From the NCBI RefSeq assembly GCF_017302975.1, contig NZ_JAFIMT010000003.1: DNA of 64,000 bases; one strand, given 5' to 3'. Below the pieces are notes generated by a model. It saw only the letters and a list, made by a program, of their open reading frames with translations, did no database searches and had not been told where the DNA came from. A program made the translations under genes and the position numbers. Of the stretch, positions 35,384 to 47,014 are shown one piece after another; position 1 is the stretch's first letter, and each line of letters starts with the position of its first letter. The stretch comes from Corallococcus exiguus. GTDB lineage: Bacteria > Myxococcota > Myxococcia > Myxococcales > Myxococcaceae.

Positions 35384-38300
35384 CTACCGGCGCGCCTTGC
35401 GCGCCGGCTTGCCCCGAGTGGTCTTCTTCGCCGCGGCCTTCTTCGCGGCGGTCTTCTTCCCCGCCGCCTTCTTCGCCGAAGCCTTCTTCGCAGGAGCCTT
35501 CTTCACCGCCGCCTTCTTCGCGGCCGTCTTCTTGCCCGCCGCCTTCTTCGCGGAAGCCTTCTTCGCAGGGGCCTTCTTCGCGGCGGACTTCTTGCCCGCC
35601 GCCTTCTTCGCGGAGGCCTTCTTCGCAGGAGCCTTCTTCACCGCCGCCTTCTTCGCGGCCGTCTTCTTGCCCGCCGCCTTCTTCGCCGGGGCCTTCTTCG
35701 CGGAAGCCTTCTTCACCGGCTCCGCCGAACCCTCCGGCGCCTCGCGGGCGTCGCCGCCCTCCTTGGCCCGGTCGAACTCGCGCATCGCGTCGTCCACGAG
35801 ACCCATGCTCATGTACGCGACGCCCAGGTCGTGGTGGTCCGCCGGGGACAGGCCTTCCTTGGTGCCCTCGCGCAGCTTGTTGAGGGCTTCCTCCACCATC
35901 GGATCCGCGGCCTGGGGCGCCTGCGAAGCCTCTTCGGCTTCAATCTCGCCCTTCAGCTCCTGGCCCAGGTTCACCGCTTCGTCCTTCGGTGCCTGCGGCT
36001 CGGCGGCGACCTTGACCTGCACGCTCTCAGGCACCTGGGCGCTCTCGGGCGCGGGGGACTCGGACGCTTCAGGGGCTTCGGACTCGGTGCTGCCCGGCAA
36101 CGGCGACGGCGTCTCGGACATGGGGGGCTCCGGGGCGATGCGCTGGAGGTGATCCTGCAGCTTGACCGTGCGCTCCTGGAGCTCCGCCACCCGGGCCTTG
36201 TCCTTCTCCACCACGTCCGGCGGAGCACGGGCCACGAAGTTCGGGTTGTCCAGCTTGCGCTGCAAACCGGCGAGTTCCTGCTCGGAGCGGACGATCTCCT
36301 TCTTCAGGCGGTCGCGCTCCGCGTCCAGGTCCACCAGGCCCGCCAGGGGCACGTAGATCTCCAGGTTGCCGCTCACGAACGCCGCCGCCTGCGGAGGCTT
36401 GGCGCCCGGGGGGCCCACCACCACCTCGGACAGGCCCGCGAGCGGCATCAGGTACGCGCGCCACCGCTCCAACAGCTCGCGCGTCGTCGCGTCCGGGCTC
36501 TGCACCACCGCCTTCACCTTGGCGGACGGCGGCAGGTTGCTCTCGCCGCGCAGCGTGCGCAGGCCCTCGATGGCCGCGATGACCGGCGCCATCTCGCCTT
36601 CCGCGGCCGCGTCCACCCACGCCGCCTCCGGCTCCGGGTACGCCGCGATGCAGATGCTCTCCGTGGGCCGGGACATCGGCAGCTTCTGCCAGATCTCCTC
36701 GGTGATGAACGGCATGAACGGGTGCATCAGCCGCAGGATGCGGTCCAGGCACGTCACCAGCACCGCGCGCGTGGTGTCCTTGGCCTCCGCGTCCTCGCCG
36801 TACAGCGAGCCCTTCGCCAGCTCGATGTACCAGTCGCAGAACTCCGCCCACAGGAACTGGTACAGCGTGGACGCGGCCTCCGCGAAGCCGAACGCCTCCA
36901 GCGACGCGCGCGTCTCCTCGGTGGCCTTCTGCAGCCGGGAGAGGATCCACCGGTCCGCCAGCGTCAGCTTGCGGCCTTCCAGCGGCGTCTTGTCCAGGTT
37001 GAAGTCGCCCATGTTCATCAGGGCGAAGCGGCTGGCGTTCCACAGCTTGTTGCAGAACGCCTTGTAGCCACCCAGGCGGTCCATCGACAGCTTGATGTCA
37101 CGGCCCTGCTGCGTGAGCGACGCCAGCGTGAAGCGCAGCGCGTCCGCGCCGTGCGCGGGCATGCCCTGCGGGAAGCGGTTGCGCAGCGACGGCTGCAGCG
37201 ACTCCGCCTTCGCGCCGAGGATGACGTCCAGGGGATCGATGACGTTCCCCTTCGTCTTGGACATCTTCTCGCCCTTCTCGTCGCGCACCATCGCGTGCAG
37301 GTACACGGTGCGGAAGGGCACGTCGTTCATGAAGTGCAGGCCCATCATCATCATCCGGGCGACCCAGAAGAAGATGATGTCGTGGCCCGTCTCCATCACG
37401 GACGTCGGGTAGAAGGTCTGGAGGTCCGCCGTCTGCTTCGGCCAGCCCAGCGTGGAGAACGGCCACAGCGCGGACGAGAACCAGGTGTCCAGCACGTCCG
37501 GATCCTGCGTCAGCTCCTTGCCGCCGCACTTCGGGCAGGACTCCGGCGCCGTGCGCGACACGATGACGTCCGCCGTGTCCTTGGAGCGCTCCTCCGCCGG
37601 GGTGCACGCAGCGCAGTACCACGCCGGAATCTGGTGGCCCCACCACAGCTGGCGGCTCACGCACCAGTCGTGGATGTTGTTCATCCAGTGGAAGTACGTG
37701 TTCGTCCACGACTCGGGGACGAACTTGGTGCGGCCCTCCTCCACGGCCTGGATGGCCGGCTTCGCCAGCGGTTCAATCTTGATGAACCACTGCGGCGACA
37801 GGCGCGGCTCCACCACCGTGGTGCAGCGCTGGCAGGTGCCCACGTTCAGCTTGTGCGGCTCCTCCTTCTCCAACAGGCCCAGCTCCGTCAGGTCCGCCAG
37901 CACCTGCTTGCGCGCCTCCCGGCTCTCCAGGCCCGCGTACTTGCCGGTGTCCTTCGTCATCCGCGCCGCTTCGTCCAGGATGGACAGCATCGGCAGCTTG
38001 TGGCGCAGGCCCGTCTGGTAGTCGTTGAAGTCGTGCGCGGGCGTGACCTTCACCACGCCGGTGCCGAACTCCATGTTCACCAGCTCGCCGTCCGCGATGA
38101 CCGGAATCTCACGGTCGGTGAGCGGCAGCGCCACGCTCTTGCCGATGAGGTCCTGGTAGCGAGGGTCCTCCGGATGCACGGCGACGGCCGTGTCGCCCAG
38201 CAGCGTCTCCGGGCGTGTCGTCGCCACGGTGAGGAAGCGCTCCGTGCCCTTCACCGGGTAGCGGATGTGCCAGAGCGAGCCGTTCTTCTCCTCGTGCTCC

Positions 38301-38881
38301 ACTTCCAGGTCGGAGAGGGCCGTGCGGCAGGACGGGCACCAGTTGATCAGCTTCTGGGCCCGGTACATCAGGCCCTCTTCGTACAGCCGGACGAACACCT
38401 CGCGCACCGCGGCCGAGGACTGCTCGTCCATGGTGAAGCGCTCGCGGCTCCAGTCCAGGGACGCGCCCAGGTAGCGGTGCTGCTCACCGATGCGCGCGCC
38501 GAACTTGCCCTTCCACGTCCAGACGCGCTCGAGGAACGCCTCGCGGCCCAGGTCGTGGCGGCTCTTGCCCTCCGTCTTCTTGAGCTCCTTCTCCACCACC
38601 ATCTGCGTAGCGATGCCCGCGTGGTCCGTGCCCGGCAGCCAGAGCGCGTTGAAGCCGCTCATCCGCTTCCAGCGCGTGAGGATGTCCTGGATGGTCGCGG
38701 TGAGCGCGTGGCCGATGTGCAGGCTGCCCGTCACGTTGGGCGGCGGCAGCACGATGCTGAACGGCGGCTTGGAGGAAGGGGCTTCGGCGCGGAAGTAGTC
38801 GCGCTCCAGCCAGTGGTTGTACCACCGCGCCTCCACTTCGGAGGGCTCGTAGGCCTTGGACAGTTCAGTCGTGTCAGTCAT
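35384..38881 (-). CDS. valS: Valyl-tRNA synthetase with ~280-aa C-terminal Lys/Ala-rich histone-H1-like extension
   Basis: Class I aaRS motifs HIGH (SLHIGHAL) and KMSKS, a ValS editing domain, and a C-terminal coiled coil. Then a Glu/Pro/Ser acidic linker and about 12 AKKA(A/P)GKK repeats. 1165 aa. Confidence 0.9.
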   Translation of the reverse strand: MTDTTELSKAYEPSEVEARWYNHWLERDYFRAEAPSSKPPFSIVLPPPNVTGSLHIGHALTATIQDILTRWKRMSGFNALWLPGTDHAGIATQMVVEKELKKTEGKSRHDLGREAFLERVWTWKGKFGARIGEQHRYLGASLDWSRERFTMDEQSSAAVREVFVRLYEEGLMYRAQKLINWCPSCRTALSDLEVEHEEKNGSLWHIRYPVKGTERFLTVATTRPETLLGDTAVAVHPEDPRYQDLIGKSVALPLTDREIPVIADGELVNMEFGTGVVKVTPAHDFNDYQTGLRHKLPMLSILDEAARMTKDTGKYAGLESREARKQVLADLTELGLLEKEEPHKLNVGTCQRCTTVVEPRLSPQWFIKIEPLAKPAIQAVEEGRTKFVPESWTNTYFHWMNNIHDWCVSRQLWWGHQIPAWYCAACTPAEERSKDTADVIVSRTAPESCPKCGGKELTQDPDVLDTWFSSALWPFSTLGWPKQTADLQTFYPTSVMETGHDIIFFWVARMMMMGLHFMNDVPFRTVYLHAMVRDEKGEKMSKTKGNVIDPLDVILGAKAESLQPSLRNRFPQGMPAHGADALRFTLASLTQQGRDIKLSMDRLGGYKAFCNKLWNASRFALMNMGDFNLDKTPLEGRKLTLADRWILSRLQKATEETRASLEAFGFAEAASTLYQFLWAEFCDWYIELAKGSLYGEDAEAKDTTRAVLVTCLDRILRLMHPFMPFITEEIWQKLPMSRPTESICIAAYPEPEAAWVDAAAEGEMAPVIAAIEGLRTLRGESNLPPSAKVKAVVQSPDATTRELLERWRAYLMPLAGLSEVVVGPPGAKPPQAAAFVSGNLEIYVPLAGLVDLDAERDRLKKEIVRSEQELAGLQRKLDNPNFVARAPPDVVEKDKARVAELQERTVKLQDHLQRIAPEPPMSETPSPLPGSTESEAPEASESPAPESAQVPESVQVKVAAEPQAPKDEAVNLGQELKGEIEAEEASQAPQAADPMVEEALNKLREGTKEGLSPADHHDLGVAYMSMGLVDDAMREFDRAKEGGDAREAPEGSAEPVKKASAKKAPAKKAAGKKTAAKKAAVKKAPAKKASAKKAAGKKSAAKKAPAKKASAKKAAGKKTAAKKAAVKKAPAKKASAKKAAGKKTAAKKAAAKKTTRGKPARKARR
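35397..35700. repeat. Tandem ~36-45 bp coding repeats (gccttcttcgc[gc]g...) encoding the AKKA tail
   Basis: Seen directly as reiterated cgccttcttcgcggaagccttcttcgcagg units. Confidence 0.8.
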
Positions 38882-38934
38882 TGCAAGCGGCCGGCCCCCG
38901 ACGGGGCCGGCGGGGAATCAGAGGGGACTGCGAA

Positions 38935-40197
38935 TCAATGCTGGGTCTCGCGGTCCTTGATGAGCCGCTCCAGCTCTTCCCGGATGATGGTCTCCGCCAG
39001 CTGCGGTACGACCTCCCAGGCAATCTTCTCGATGACCTCGCGGGACGCCTTCGACAGCGCCTCGCGCAGCAGGGCCTCGCCGCCATCCGCGGCCGGACGG
39101 GCGCGCGCGGGCGGAGTCGCCGGCGAGGGACCGCCGATGTCCAGGGAGATCTCCTCCGCGCCGGAGGGCTCGGGCAGCGAGTCCTCGATGCGGATGCTCT
39201 CCGTGCGGGCCTGCGCGGCGGGAGGGGCGGCCGGTGCACCCAGCCCGAACGGATCCCGGGCACGGGCGGCCGGAGGCACCGCGGCGGGCGGGGGCGCGGA
39301 CGGCAGCGGCGCGGCGCCCGGAGGACGCGGGAAGCCGCCCGGGATGTTCGGGGCGCCAGGGCCCGGAGGACGCGCGGCCATGCCCGGAGGCGGCGCACCC
39401 GGAGGACGCGCGCCCGGCGGCACGGCACCCGGCGGAGGACGCGCACCCGGCGGCATGGCGCCCGGAGGCGGCGCACCTGGAGGACGCGCACCCATGCCCG
39501 GAGGCGGCGCACCCGGAGGAGGACGTGCACCCGGCGGCATGGCGCCCGGAGGCGGCGCACCCGGAGGACGCGCACCCGGAGGAACAGCGCCCGGCAGCGG
39601 ACGCGCCGCGCCCGGAGGAGGCGGAACACCGGCGCCCGGAGGACGCGCGCCCGGCGGCACGGCACCCGGCGGAGGACGCGCACCCGGCGGCACGGCACCC
39701 GGAGGCGGTGCACCCGCGGGACGCGCACCCGGCGGCACGGCGGCGGCGGGCGGCGGGCTGACCGGAGCGCTCGGGGCGGAGGTCTGGGGCAGCACGCGCG
39801 TCGCGGCGGACGCGGGCATCGTGTTGGACTTCTGGCCCACCAGCGCCTTCACCTTGTCGAGGAGGATCTGGCTCTCGAAGGGCTTGGTGATGTGGTCATC
39901 CGCCCGGGCGGCCTTCGCGCGGTTCTCGTCGAACGCCTCGAAGGTTCCGGCCAGCAGCAGCACCGGGATGGCCTGCGTGGAGGGGTCGCTCTTGAGCGCC
40001 TCGCAGACCTCGTAGCCGCTCTTGCCCGGCATCATCACGTCGGCGAGCACCACGTCCGGACGCAGCTCGCGCGTGCGGGAGATGGCGTCCAGCCCGTTGT
40101 CCACCGCGGTCACCTGGAAGTCTTCCGTCGCGAAGATCATCCCGATCACCTTGCGGATGGTGAGCGAGTCGTCGGCGATCAGTAGATTCTTGGGCAT
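38935..40197 (-). CDS. RomR-like response regulator (receiver + Pro-rich linker + acidic C-terminal domain)
   Basis: Receiver domain (LLIADDS...DVVLADVMMPGKSG...KPF), roughly 170 aa of PPGARPPGA repeats, and a conserved Glu-rich C-terminus. ATG at 40197 (MPKNLLIADDS). This architecture matches M. xanthus RomR as recalled. Confidence 0.6.
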   Translation of the reverse strand: MPKNLLIADDSLTIRKVIGMIFATEDFQVTAVDNGLDAISRTRELRPDVVLADVMMPGKSGYEVCEALKSDPSTQAIPVLLLAGTFEAFDENRAKAARADDHITKPFESQILLDKVKALVGQKSNTMPASAATRVLPQTSAPSAPVSPPPAAAVPPGARPAGAPPPGAVPPGARPPPGAVPPGARPPGAGVPPPPGAARPLPGAVPPGARPPGAPPPGAMPPGARPPPGAPPPGMGARPPGAPPPGAMPPGARPPPGAVPPGARPPGAPPPGMAARPPGPGAPNIPGGFPRPPGAAPLPSAPPPAAVPPAARARDPFGLGAPAAPPAAQARTESIRIEDSLPEPSGAEEISLDIGGPSPATPPARARPAADGGEALLREALSKASREVIEKIAWEVVPQLAETIIREELERLIKDRETQH

Positions 40198-40314
40198 CGG
40201 CTCCGGCCTCGGGGGGCGCATACCCCCCTGAATTCGTTTGAGATTTCGGGCGAGCAAGCCTGCCTGCACGCCCTGTGTCAATCGGAGAAGCTTAGGATTC
40301 GCGCTTTGGGCCGA

Positions 40315-41181
40315 TCAAGAAAACATGCGCTGCAGGTCCAGTAACATCACCGGATCCGGCAGCCCCGGCGCCCGGAACGTTCCGGGAAGCTCGGCCGGCT
40401 TGAACTTCTGCAGCACACCAAGCACCCGGGTGGCCGCCAGCCCCACGTTCCGCCCCGCCAGTTCCGTGAGGACGAACAGCTCCTCCGCCTGGGCCGGCGC
40501 ACCCAGCAGCGCTGGAATCGAACAGATGGGCCACAGCGCCTGCGCGTGGGGATAGACGCCCGCCACCGGCCCGCTCTGCACCGGGAGCACGCTGAACGCC
40601 TCGCCCCGGGGCACCACCTGGGAGACGCAACCCAGGGGGACGCCGAACAGCACCCCCTGGGACTCCAGCACCAGCGCCCGCTCTGGAGGCTCGTCCGCGT
40701 AGTGCACGGGCCGGGGCTCCGGCGGGGTCGCCCGGGGGCCCGCCCGGTGCGGCAGCGCCTCCACGATGAGCTCCAGGTACAGCCGGTCCTTGTGCAGCAC
40801 CGCGCCCCGGCTCAGCGGCGCCAGCGAGTCCGCCAGGCCCGGCGGCAGCAGGAAGAACGGGTCCCTCGCGACGTCCGCGACCTCCACCACGGCGCGCACC
40901 CGCACCGCGAGCGTGGGGCTGACATCCAGGACCACCACCATGCCCGGCACTTCCTCAGGCAGGCCGCCGAGCAGCGCGGCGAGGTCCTTCACTTCCAGTA
41001 CGCCGCGCAGACTCGCTCCGCGAGCGCCCGGCATCGCGACCTCGATGACGGACGTGGCCTCTACCGCGTAGCGCGTCTCTCCGGCCTCCACCAGCAGGCA
41101 GAGCCGCCGTCCGCTTTCAAAGGGCACGGCCCGGGACCCTAGCAGCCTTCCAGCGTTGGGTGCTAAGCCCTGAACAGTCAT
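40315..41181 (-). CDS. Tandem CheW-like domain protein (start uncertain)
   Basis: Two CheW-like segments (RRLCLLVEAGETRYAVEATSVIEV... and ALVLESQGVLFGVPLGCVSQVV...). The possible ATG at 41181 would overlap the divergent start at 41180, so the real start may be internal. Confidence 0.4.
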   Translation of the reverse strand: MTVQGLAPNAGRLLGSRAVPFESGRRLCLLVEAGETRYAVEATSVIEVAMPGARGASLRGVLEVKDLAALLGGLPEEVPGMVVVLDVSPTLAVRVRAVVEVADVARDPFFLLPPGLADSLAPLSRGAVLHKDRLYLELIVEALPHRAGPRATPPEPRPVHYADEPPERALVLESQGVLFGVPLGCVSQVVPRGEAFSVLPVQSGPVAGVYPHAQALWPICSIPALLGAPAQAEELFVLTELAGRNVGLAATRVLGVLQKFKPAELPGTFRAPGLPDPVMLLDLQRMFS

Positions 41182-42568
41182 GGCGCGACTGCTCCTCGTC
41201 GACGACGAAAAGATCGCCCGCAATCTCTACGGCGACTACCTCACGGCCGCGGGACACCTGGTCACGGCGGTGCCCACCGTGGCGGATGCGAAGGCCGCCC
41301 TCTCCGCGGCGCGTTTCGACGCGGTGGTGACGGACCTCATCCTCCCCGGCGGCGACGGCATGGAGGTGCTTCGCCACGTGCGCGAGCGCTACCCCGGCGT
41401 GGAGGTGCTGGTCATCACCGGCCTGGACAAGGTGGCCCCCGCGGTGCGCGCCATCAAGAGCGGCGCGGCGGAGTACCTGGTCAAGCCCGTGGCGCCGGAG
41501 GCCCTGGAGCACGCGCTGCGCCGCGCGCTCACCACGCGCGACCTGATGCGTGAGAACGCGTCCCTGCGCCAGCACGTCGCGCTGCTGGAGGCGGGCCAGC
41601 GCATCGCCACCACGCTCGACCGCGAGCGGCTGTCCACGGCCGCGTCGGACGCGCTGGAGTCCATGGCCAACGCCTCCGCGGTGATGCTCCTGGAGCGGGA
41701 CCCCGGCGGCACGGGCTTCCGCTCGCACGGCATGCGCGGGCTGCCGGTGGACCTGCACGAGGCGCTCGTCCCTCAACTCATCGAGCGGCTTTCGGGCACG
41801 CGCACGCCGGTGGAGCTCGACGGACTTCAAGTTCCCTGGCCGCGCACCCTCTCCTTCCCCGCCGTGGACGGAGAACTGGTGCTGGGCCACGCGGTGCTCT
41901 TCCACGACAGCGCGCCCGCGGAGCACCACGCGGAGACGGTGGGCTTCCTCGTGCGCAACTGGGCGCTGGCGCTGCGCAACCTGGGCCGCTTCGCCGCCGT
42001 GGAGGACCTGGCCTACGTCGACGACCTCACCCGCCTGTTCAACACGCGCTACCTGCACCTGGTGCTGGACCGCGAGGTGAACGAGGCCCTGCAGACGGAG
42101 CGCCCCTTCTCCCTGCTGTTCCTGGACCTGGACCGCTTCAAGGCCATCAACGACACGCACGGGCACCTGGTGGGCTCGCGGGTGCTGGTGGAGGCCGCGC
42201 GCGTGCTCAAGGGTTGCGTGCGCGACCCGGACGTGGTGGCGCGCTTCGGCGGCGACGAGTACGTGGTGCTCCTGCGCGGCACGGACTCCGGCGGGGCCCT
42301 CAAGGTCGCCGAGCGCATCCGCCGCACCATGGAGACCCATCAGTTCCTGGGCCGCGAGGGGCTGGCCCTCAAGCTCACCACCTGCATCGGCGTGGCCAGC
42401 TTCCCGGAGCATGCCCAGGACAAGGACCACCTGCTGGACCTGTCCGACCGGGCCATGTACCGGGGCAAGCGTGGCACCCGGAACGTCGTCTACATGGCGG
42501 CGCAGGACCTGGAAGCCACCCCGGCCGAGCGCCGTCAGAATCCCCCGCCCCCGCAGGGCCAGGGCTGA
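41180..42568 (+). CDS. Response-regulator receiver / GAF-like / GGDEF diguanylate cyclase
   Basis: MARLLLVDDE receiver domain. GGDEF domain with RFGGDEYVVLL and an RxxD I-site-like region upstream. 462 aa. Confidence 0.85.
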   Translation: MARLLLVDDEKIARNLYGDYLTAAGHLVTAVPTVADAKAALSAARFDAVVTDLILPGGDGMEVLRHVRERYPGVEVLVITGLDKVAPAVRAIKSGAAEYLVKPVAPEALEHALRRALTTRDLMRENASLRQHVALLEAGQRIATTLDRERLSTAASDALESMANASAVMLLERDPGGTGFRSHGMRGLPVDLHEALVPQLIERLSGTRTPVELDGLQVPWPRTLSFPAVDGELVLGHAVLFHDSAPAEHHAETVGFLVRNWALALRNLGRFAAVEDLAYVDDLTRLFNTRYLHLVLDREVNEALQTERPFSLLFLDLDRFKAINDTHGHLVGSRVLVEAARVLKGCVRDPDVVARFGGDEYVVLLRGTDSGGALKVAERIRRTMETHQFLGREGLALKLTTCIGVASFPEHAQDKDHLLDLSDRAMYRGKRGTRNVVYMAAQDLEATPAERRQNPPPPQGQG

Positions 42569-42583
42569 AAGCAGGGCTTCGCG

Positions 42584-42973
42584 CTACTTGCGCAGGCTGC
42601 CCACGGTGAGCCGCTTGGGCAGCTCCACTTCCGCGGCCTCGCCGCCGCCACCCTCGCTCACCGCCTCCACCTCTTCGTGAGACGCGCCGGTGGTGATGAG
42701 GCGGTACTTCTGCGACGCCTCGCGGTCGTGCTGGGCCTGCTCCGGATCCAACCGCGCGATGAGCTGCCAGAAGAGGGCCGCGTGCTCGCGCTCCTCGTCC
42801 ATGACGTGCCGCAGGATGGCCTTCGCCTCCTCGTTGTCCGTCGCGTCCAGGTGCGCGGCGTAGAGGTTGATGGCGTCCAGCTCCGCCTCGATGTTGAGCC
42901 GGATGGAGCGGGCCAGTTCGGAGTCCGTCAGCTTCCGGGGCACCAGCGAGTGGAACGGGTTCGTCTGCGGCAT
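42584..42973 (-). CDS. Encapsulated ferritin-like cargo protein (EncFtn) with C-terminal encapsulin targeting peptide
   Basis: EncFtn-like core (LNIEAELDAINLYAAHL...NEEAKAILRHVMDEEREHAALFWQLI with an ExxH motif), a Gly-rich linker, and a C-terminal LTVGSLRK targeting motif. ATG at 42973. Confidence 0.7.
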   Translation of the reverse strand: MPQTNPFHSLVPRKLTDSELARSIRLNIEAELDAINLYAAHLDATDNEEAKAILRHVMDEEREHAALFWQLIARLDPEQAQHDREASQKYRLITTGASHEEVEAVSEGGGGEAAEVELPKRLTVGSLRK

Positions 42974-43131
42974 GAGGACCTCAGCGACAGGGAGGGTTTC
43001 CAGCAAGCGAGCGGGCAGCTGCATTTTCCGTCAGGCCAGGCCGGAAGGCGTGCGCGAGCATCCGTTCGGTCGCGAGCGCGGTCAACCGAATCCCGCTGGG
43101 GGTGCGTTGCGCGTGAACACCTGCCTCCGCC

Positions 43132-44661
43132 ATGCTCCCGCGCATGGAGACCCCCTCGCCGCTCGCGCAGCTGCTCCAGGCCCTGGACGCGGGGGACCTG
43201 GAGAAGGCACGGCTCGCGGCCGTGGCGCTGCAACGCGCCAACGCCCATACCCATCAGGTCGCCGCGGAGGTCCTCCACGAGCTGCGTCAGCCCCTGCTGG
43301 GCGCGAAGGCCTACGCCCAGCTGCTGGCCGAGGAAGGAGGCTCCAGCGGCCCGCTGAAGCTGCTGCTCGCGCAGGTGGAGCGGATGGAGCAGATCGTCTC
43401 CGACTTCATCCGCCTGGCCAGCGAGCGGCCGGCCCCGCAGCAGCGGCTGTCCCTGGCCGCGCCCATCTGGGCGGCGGCGAAGGTGTTCAGCGTCAACCCG
43501 GACTCGGCGCGCATCTCGCTGGAGGTGGAGGCCCCCGAGGACCTCACCATCCAGGGCAACGCGCGGCTGATTGAACAGCTCACGCTCAACCTGCTCAACA
43601 ACGCCCGCGACGCCATGTCCGGCCGGGGCCGCGTGAAGGTGACGCTCACGCGCGATGGCGCCTCCGCGGCCCTCTACGTGTCCGACTGGGGACCGGGCAT
43701 CCCGGACGAGCTGAAGACGCGCATCTTCGAACCCTACGTCTCCGCCAGCAAACGCGGCACGGGCCTGGGGCTCGCCGTCTGTCGTCGCATCGCGCAGGAG
43801 CACCACGCGCAGATTGCCCTGGTGCCGCCCACGACGCTGCGCGAGGTGCCGCCCCCGGCCACCGTGTTCCGCGTGCTCTTCCCGCCCACGGACGCGCCGC
43901 GCCCGCCGCGCAAGCGCCTGCTGGTGGTGGACGACGAGGGCATCATCCGGATGGTCTTCAAGGACCTGATGGACAAGGAGTGCGAAGTCATTGAAGCGGC
44001 CACGGGCGAGGCCGCGCTCGAAATCCTCCGCTCGTCGCGCGTGGACCTCATCGTCACGGACAAGAACCTGCCCGGCATCTCCGGCCTGGAGCTGGCCCAG
44101 CACGCGCGGAAGCTGGACCCCGCGTCGCGCGTCATCCTGATGACGGGCTACCCCTCGCTGGTGACGACGCAGCAGGCGCTGCAGCTGGGCGTGGTGGACT
44201 ACCTGCTCAAGCCCTTCGACGACATCCGCCAGGTGCGCGCGCTGTTGCGGCAGGCGCTGTACACGCCGGCCGCGCCGCCTGTCTCCGCCCCCAGCGCTGG
44301 CGTGCGCCGGGTGGACGTGCTGGAGGACAACCCGGCCACCGCGCGGCTGATTTCAGAGGCGCTGACGCTGCTGGGCCTGGAGGCGCGCGTCGTCGCGGGC
44401 GCGGAGGTGGCCACGATGGAGCCGCCCGTGGGCGTGGTGGTGTCGTGGGACTTCGCGCCGGCCTACGGCAAGAAGGCGCTGGAGCTGGCCCGGGCCTTGA
44501 GCCAGGGCGCGCCCTTCGTCGTCCTGGCCGAGCACCTCACCATGGAAACGGCGCTGGCGTCGCTGCGCGCCGGGGCCGCCGCGTGCCTGCCCAAGCTGCT
44601 CTCCGACACCACGGCGCTCAGCCGCGAGCTGGGCCTGGCCTTCAAGAAGACCGCTTCCTGA
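43132..44661 (+). CDS. Hybrid sensor histidine kinase (HisKA + HATPase_c + receiver + second degenerate receiver-like domain)
   Basis: H-box (HELRQPL), G-boxes (DWGPGIP, GTGLGL), and a receiver (LLVVDDEGIIRMV...DLIVTDKNLPGISG...KPF). Confidence 0.8.
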   Translation: MLPRMETPSPLAQLLQALDAGDLEKARLAAVALQRANAHTHQVAAEVLHELRQPLLGAKAYAQLLAEEGGSSGPLKLLLAQVERMEQIVSDFIRLASERPAPQQRLSLAAPIWAAAKVFSVNPDSARISLEVEAPEDLTIQGNARLIEQLTLNLLNNARDAMSGRGRVKVTLTRDGASAALYVSDWGPGIPDELKTRIFEPYVSASKRGTGLGLAVCRRIAQEHHAQIALVPPTTLREVPPPATVFRVLFPPTDAPRPPRKRLLVVDDEGIIRMVFKDLMDKECEVIEAATGEAALEILRSSRVDLIVTDKNLPGISGLELAQHARKLDPASRVILMTGYPSLVTTQQALQLGVVDYLLKPFDDIRQVRALLRQALYTPAAPPVSAPSAGVRRVDVLEDNPATARLISEALTLLGLEARVVAGAEVATMEPPVGVVVSWDFAPAYGKKALELARALSQGAPFVVLAEHLTMETALASLRAGAAACLPKLLSDTTALSRELGLAFKKTAS

Positions 44662-44670
44662 AAAAGACTC

Positions 44671-44713
44671 CGGCCCCGGGCGCCCCGCTTTCGCGGAGCC
44701 CACCGGGGCCGGA
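44671..44713 (-). terminator. Hairpin terminator candidate downstream of groEL
   Basis: CCGGCCCCGG...CCGGGGCCGG 10-bp stem. On the minus strand it is followed by a T-run (agtcttttt). Sits between convergent genes. Confidence 0.4.
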
Positions 44714-44746
44714 AAACCTACGAAGCTACGGAGCCGTCACGTCGGC

Positions 44747-46438
<1,692 letters not shown>

Positions 46439-46465
46439 TTAGCACTCGGCCATGTCGAGCGCCAA
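46439..46465 (-). promoter_or_regulatory. CIRCE (HrcA operator) inverted repeat upstream of groEL
   Basis: TTAGCACTC-N9-GAGCGCCAA, matching the consensus TTAGCACTC-N9-GAGTGCTAA with two T-to-C substitutions in the right arm. It lies 49 bp upstream of the groEL ATG. Confidence 0.7.
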
Positions 46466-46569
46466 CATAAGGGCCGCATCGACGATGTCAACGGAAAGGG
46501 GCAGCCGTGTGGGCCTGAGGACGCCTTCTGGCCCGCCCGGGTGGGGGGCCCGGACGGCCCGGGAAGGCC

Positions 46570-46926
46570 CTACTCCGCGAAGCGCACGAGGTTGAGCAGT
46601 TGCCCCATGTCCAGGGGCTTCTGCAGGGTGATGGCGACGCCCTTGCGCAGGCCCCGGTCGGAGATGTTGGCGTCCGTGCTGGCGGTCATCATCAGGACGG
46701 AGATGCTCTGGAAGCGGGGGTCCGCCTTCAGCATCTCCGTGAAGTGGATGCCGTCCAGGTGGGGCATCAGGTAGTCGGTGATGACCAGCCCCACGGGATG
46801 ACGCTCCATGATGTCCAGGGCCTGGAGCGCGTCCGACGCCGAGAACACGGTGTAGCCATGCATCTCCAGGTAGCGAGAGAGCATGGTGCACAGCTCGTAA
46901 TCGTCGTCGACGACCAGGATGTTCAC
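46570..46926 (-). CDS. Single-domain CheY-like response regulator
   Basis: MNILVVDDD...DYLMPHLDG...T...K motifs. 118 aa. Confidence 0.8.
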   Translation of the reverse strand: MNILVVDDDYELCTMLSRYLEMHGYTVFSASDALQALDIMERHPVGLVITDYLMPHLDGIHFTEMLKADPRFQSISVLMMTASTDANISDRGLRKGVAITLQKPLDMGQLLNLVRFAE

Positions 46927-47014
46927 GGGGTTCGGGCCGAAACGGGGCGCTGGAAGGTAACAGCGACGCCGGTCGTTGACAACGCGAAGGACGGCTTCTT
47001 AGCTGCCGGCCCGA

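Noticed and set aside
35397-35700. Possible CRISPR-like regular repeats
   Set aside because: The repeats are contiguous with no spacers, are in frame within valS and encode the AKKA tail. They are a coding tandem repeat, not a CRISPR array. The same reasoning applies to the 61.4-62.9 kb repeats.
34577-40015. 1812-aa plus-strand ORF spanning nadC, valS and the romR-like gene
   Set aside because: It is antisense to three well-supported minus-strand genes and its translation is Arg/Leu/Gly-rich low complexity, a typical high-GC stop-codon-free artefact.
42928-44103. 391-aa minus-strand ORF between the EncFtn and groEL genes, considered as a possible encapsulin shell gene
   Set aside because: It is antisense to the histidine kinase gene and lacks any HK97-fold hallmarks. 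The EncFtn gene therefore appears to be a true orphan cargo.
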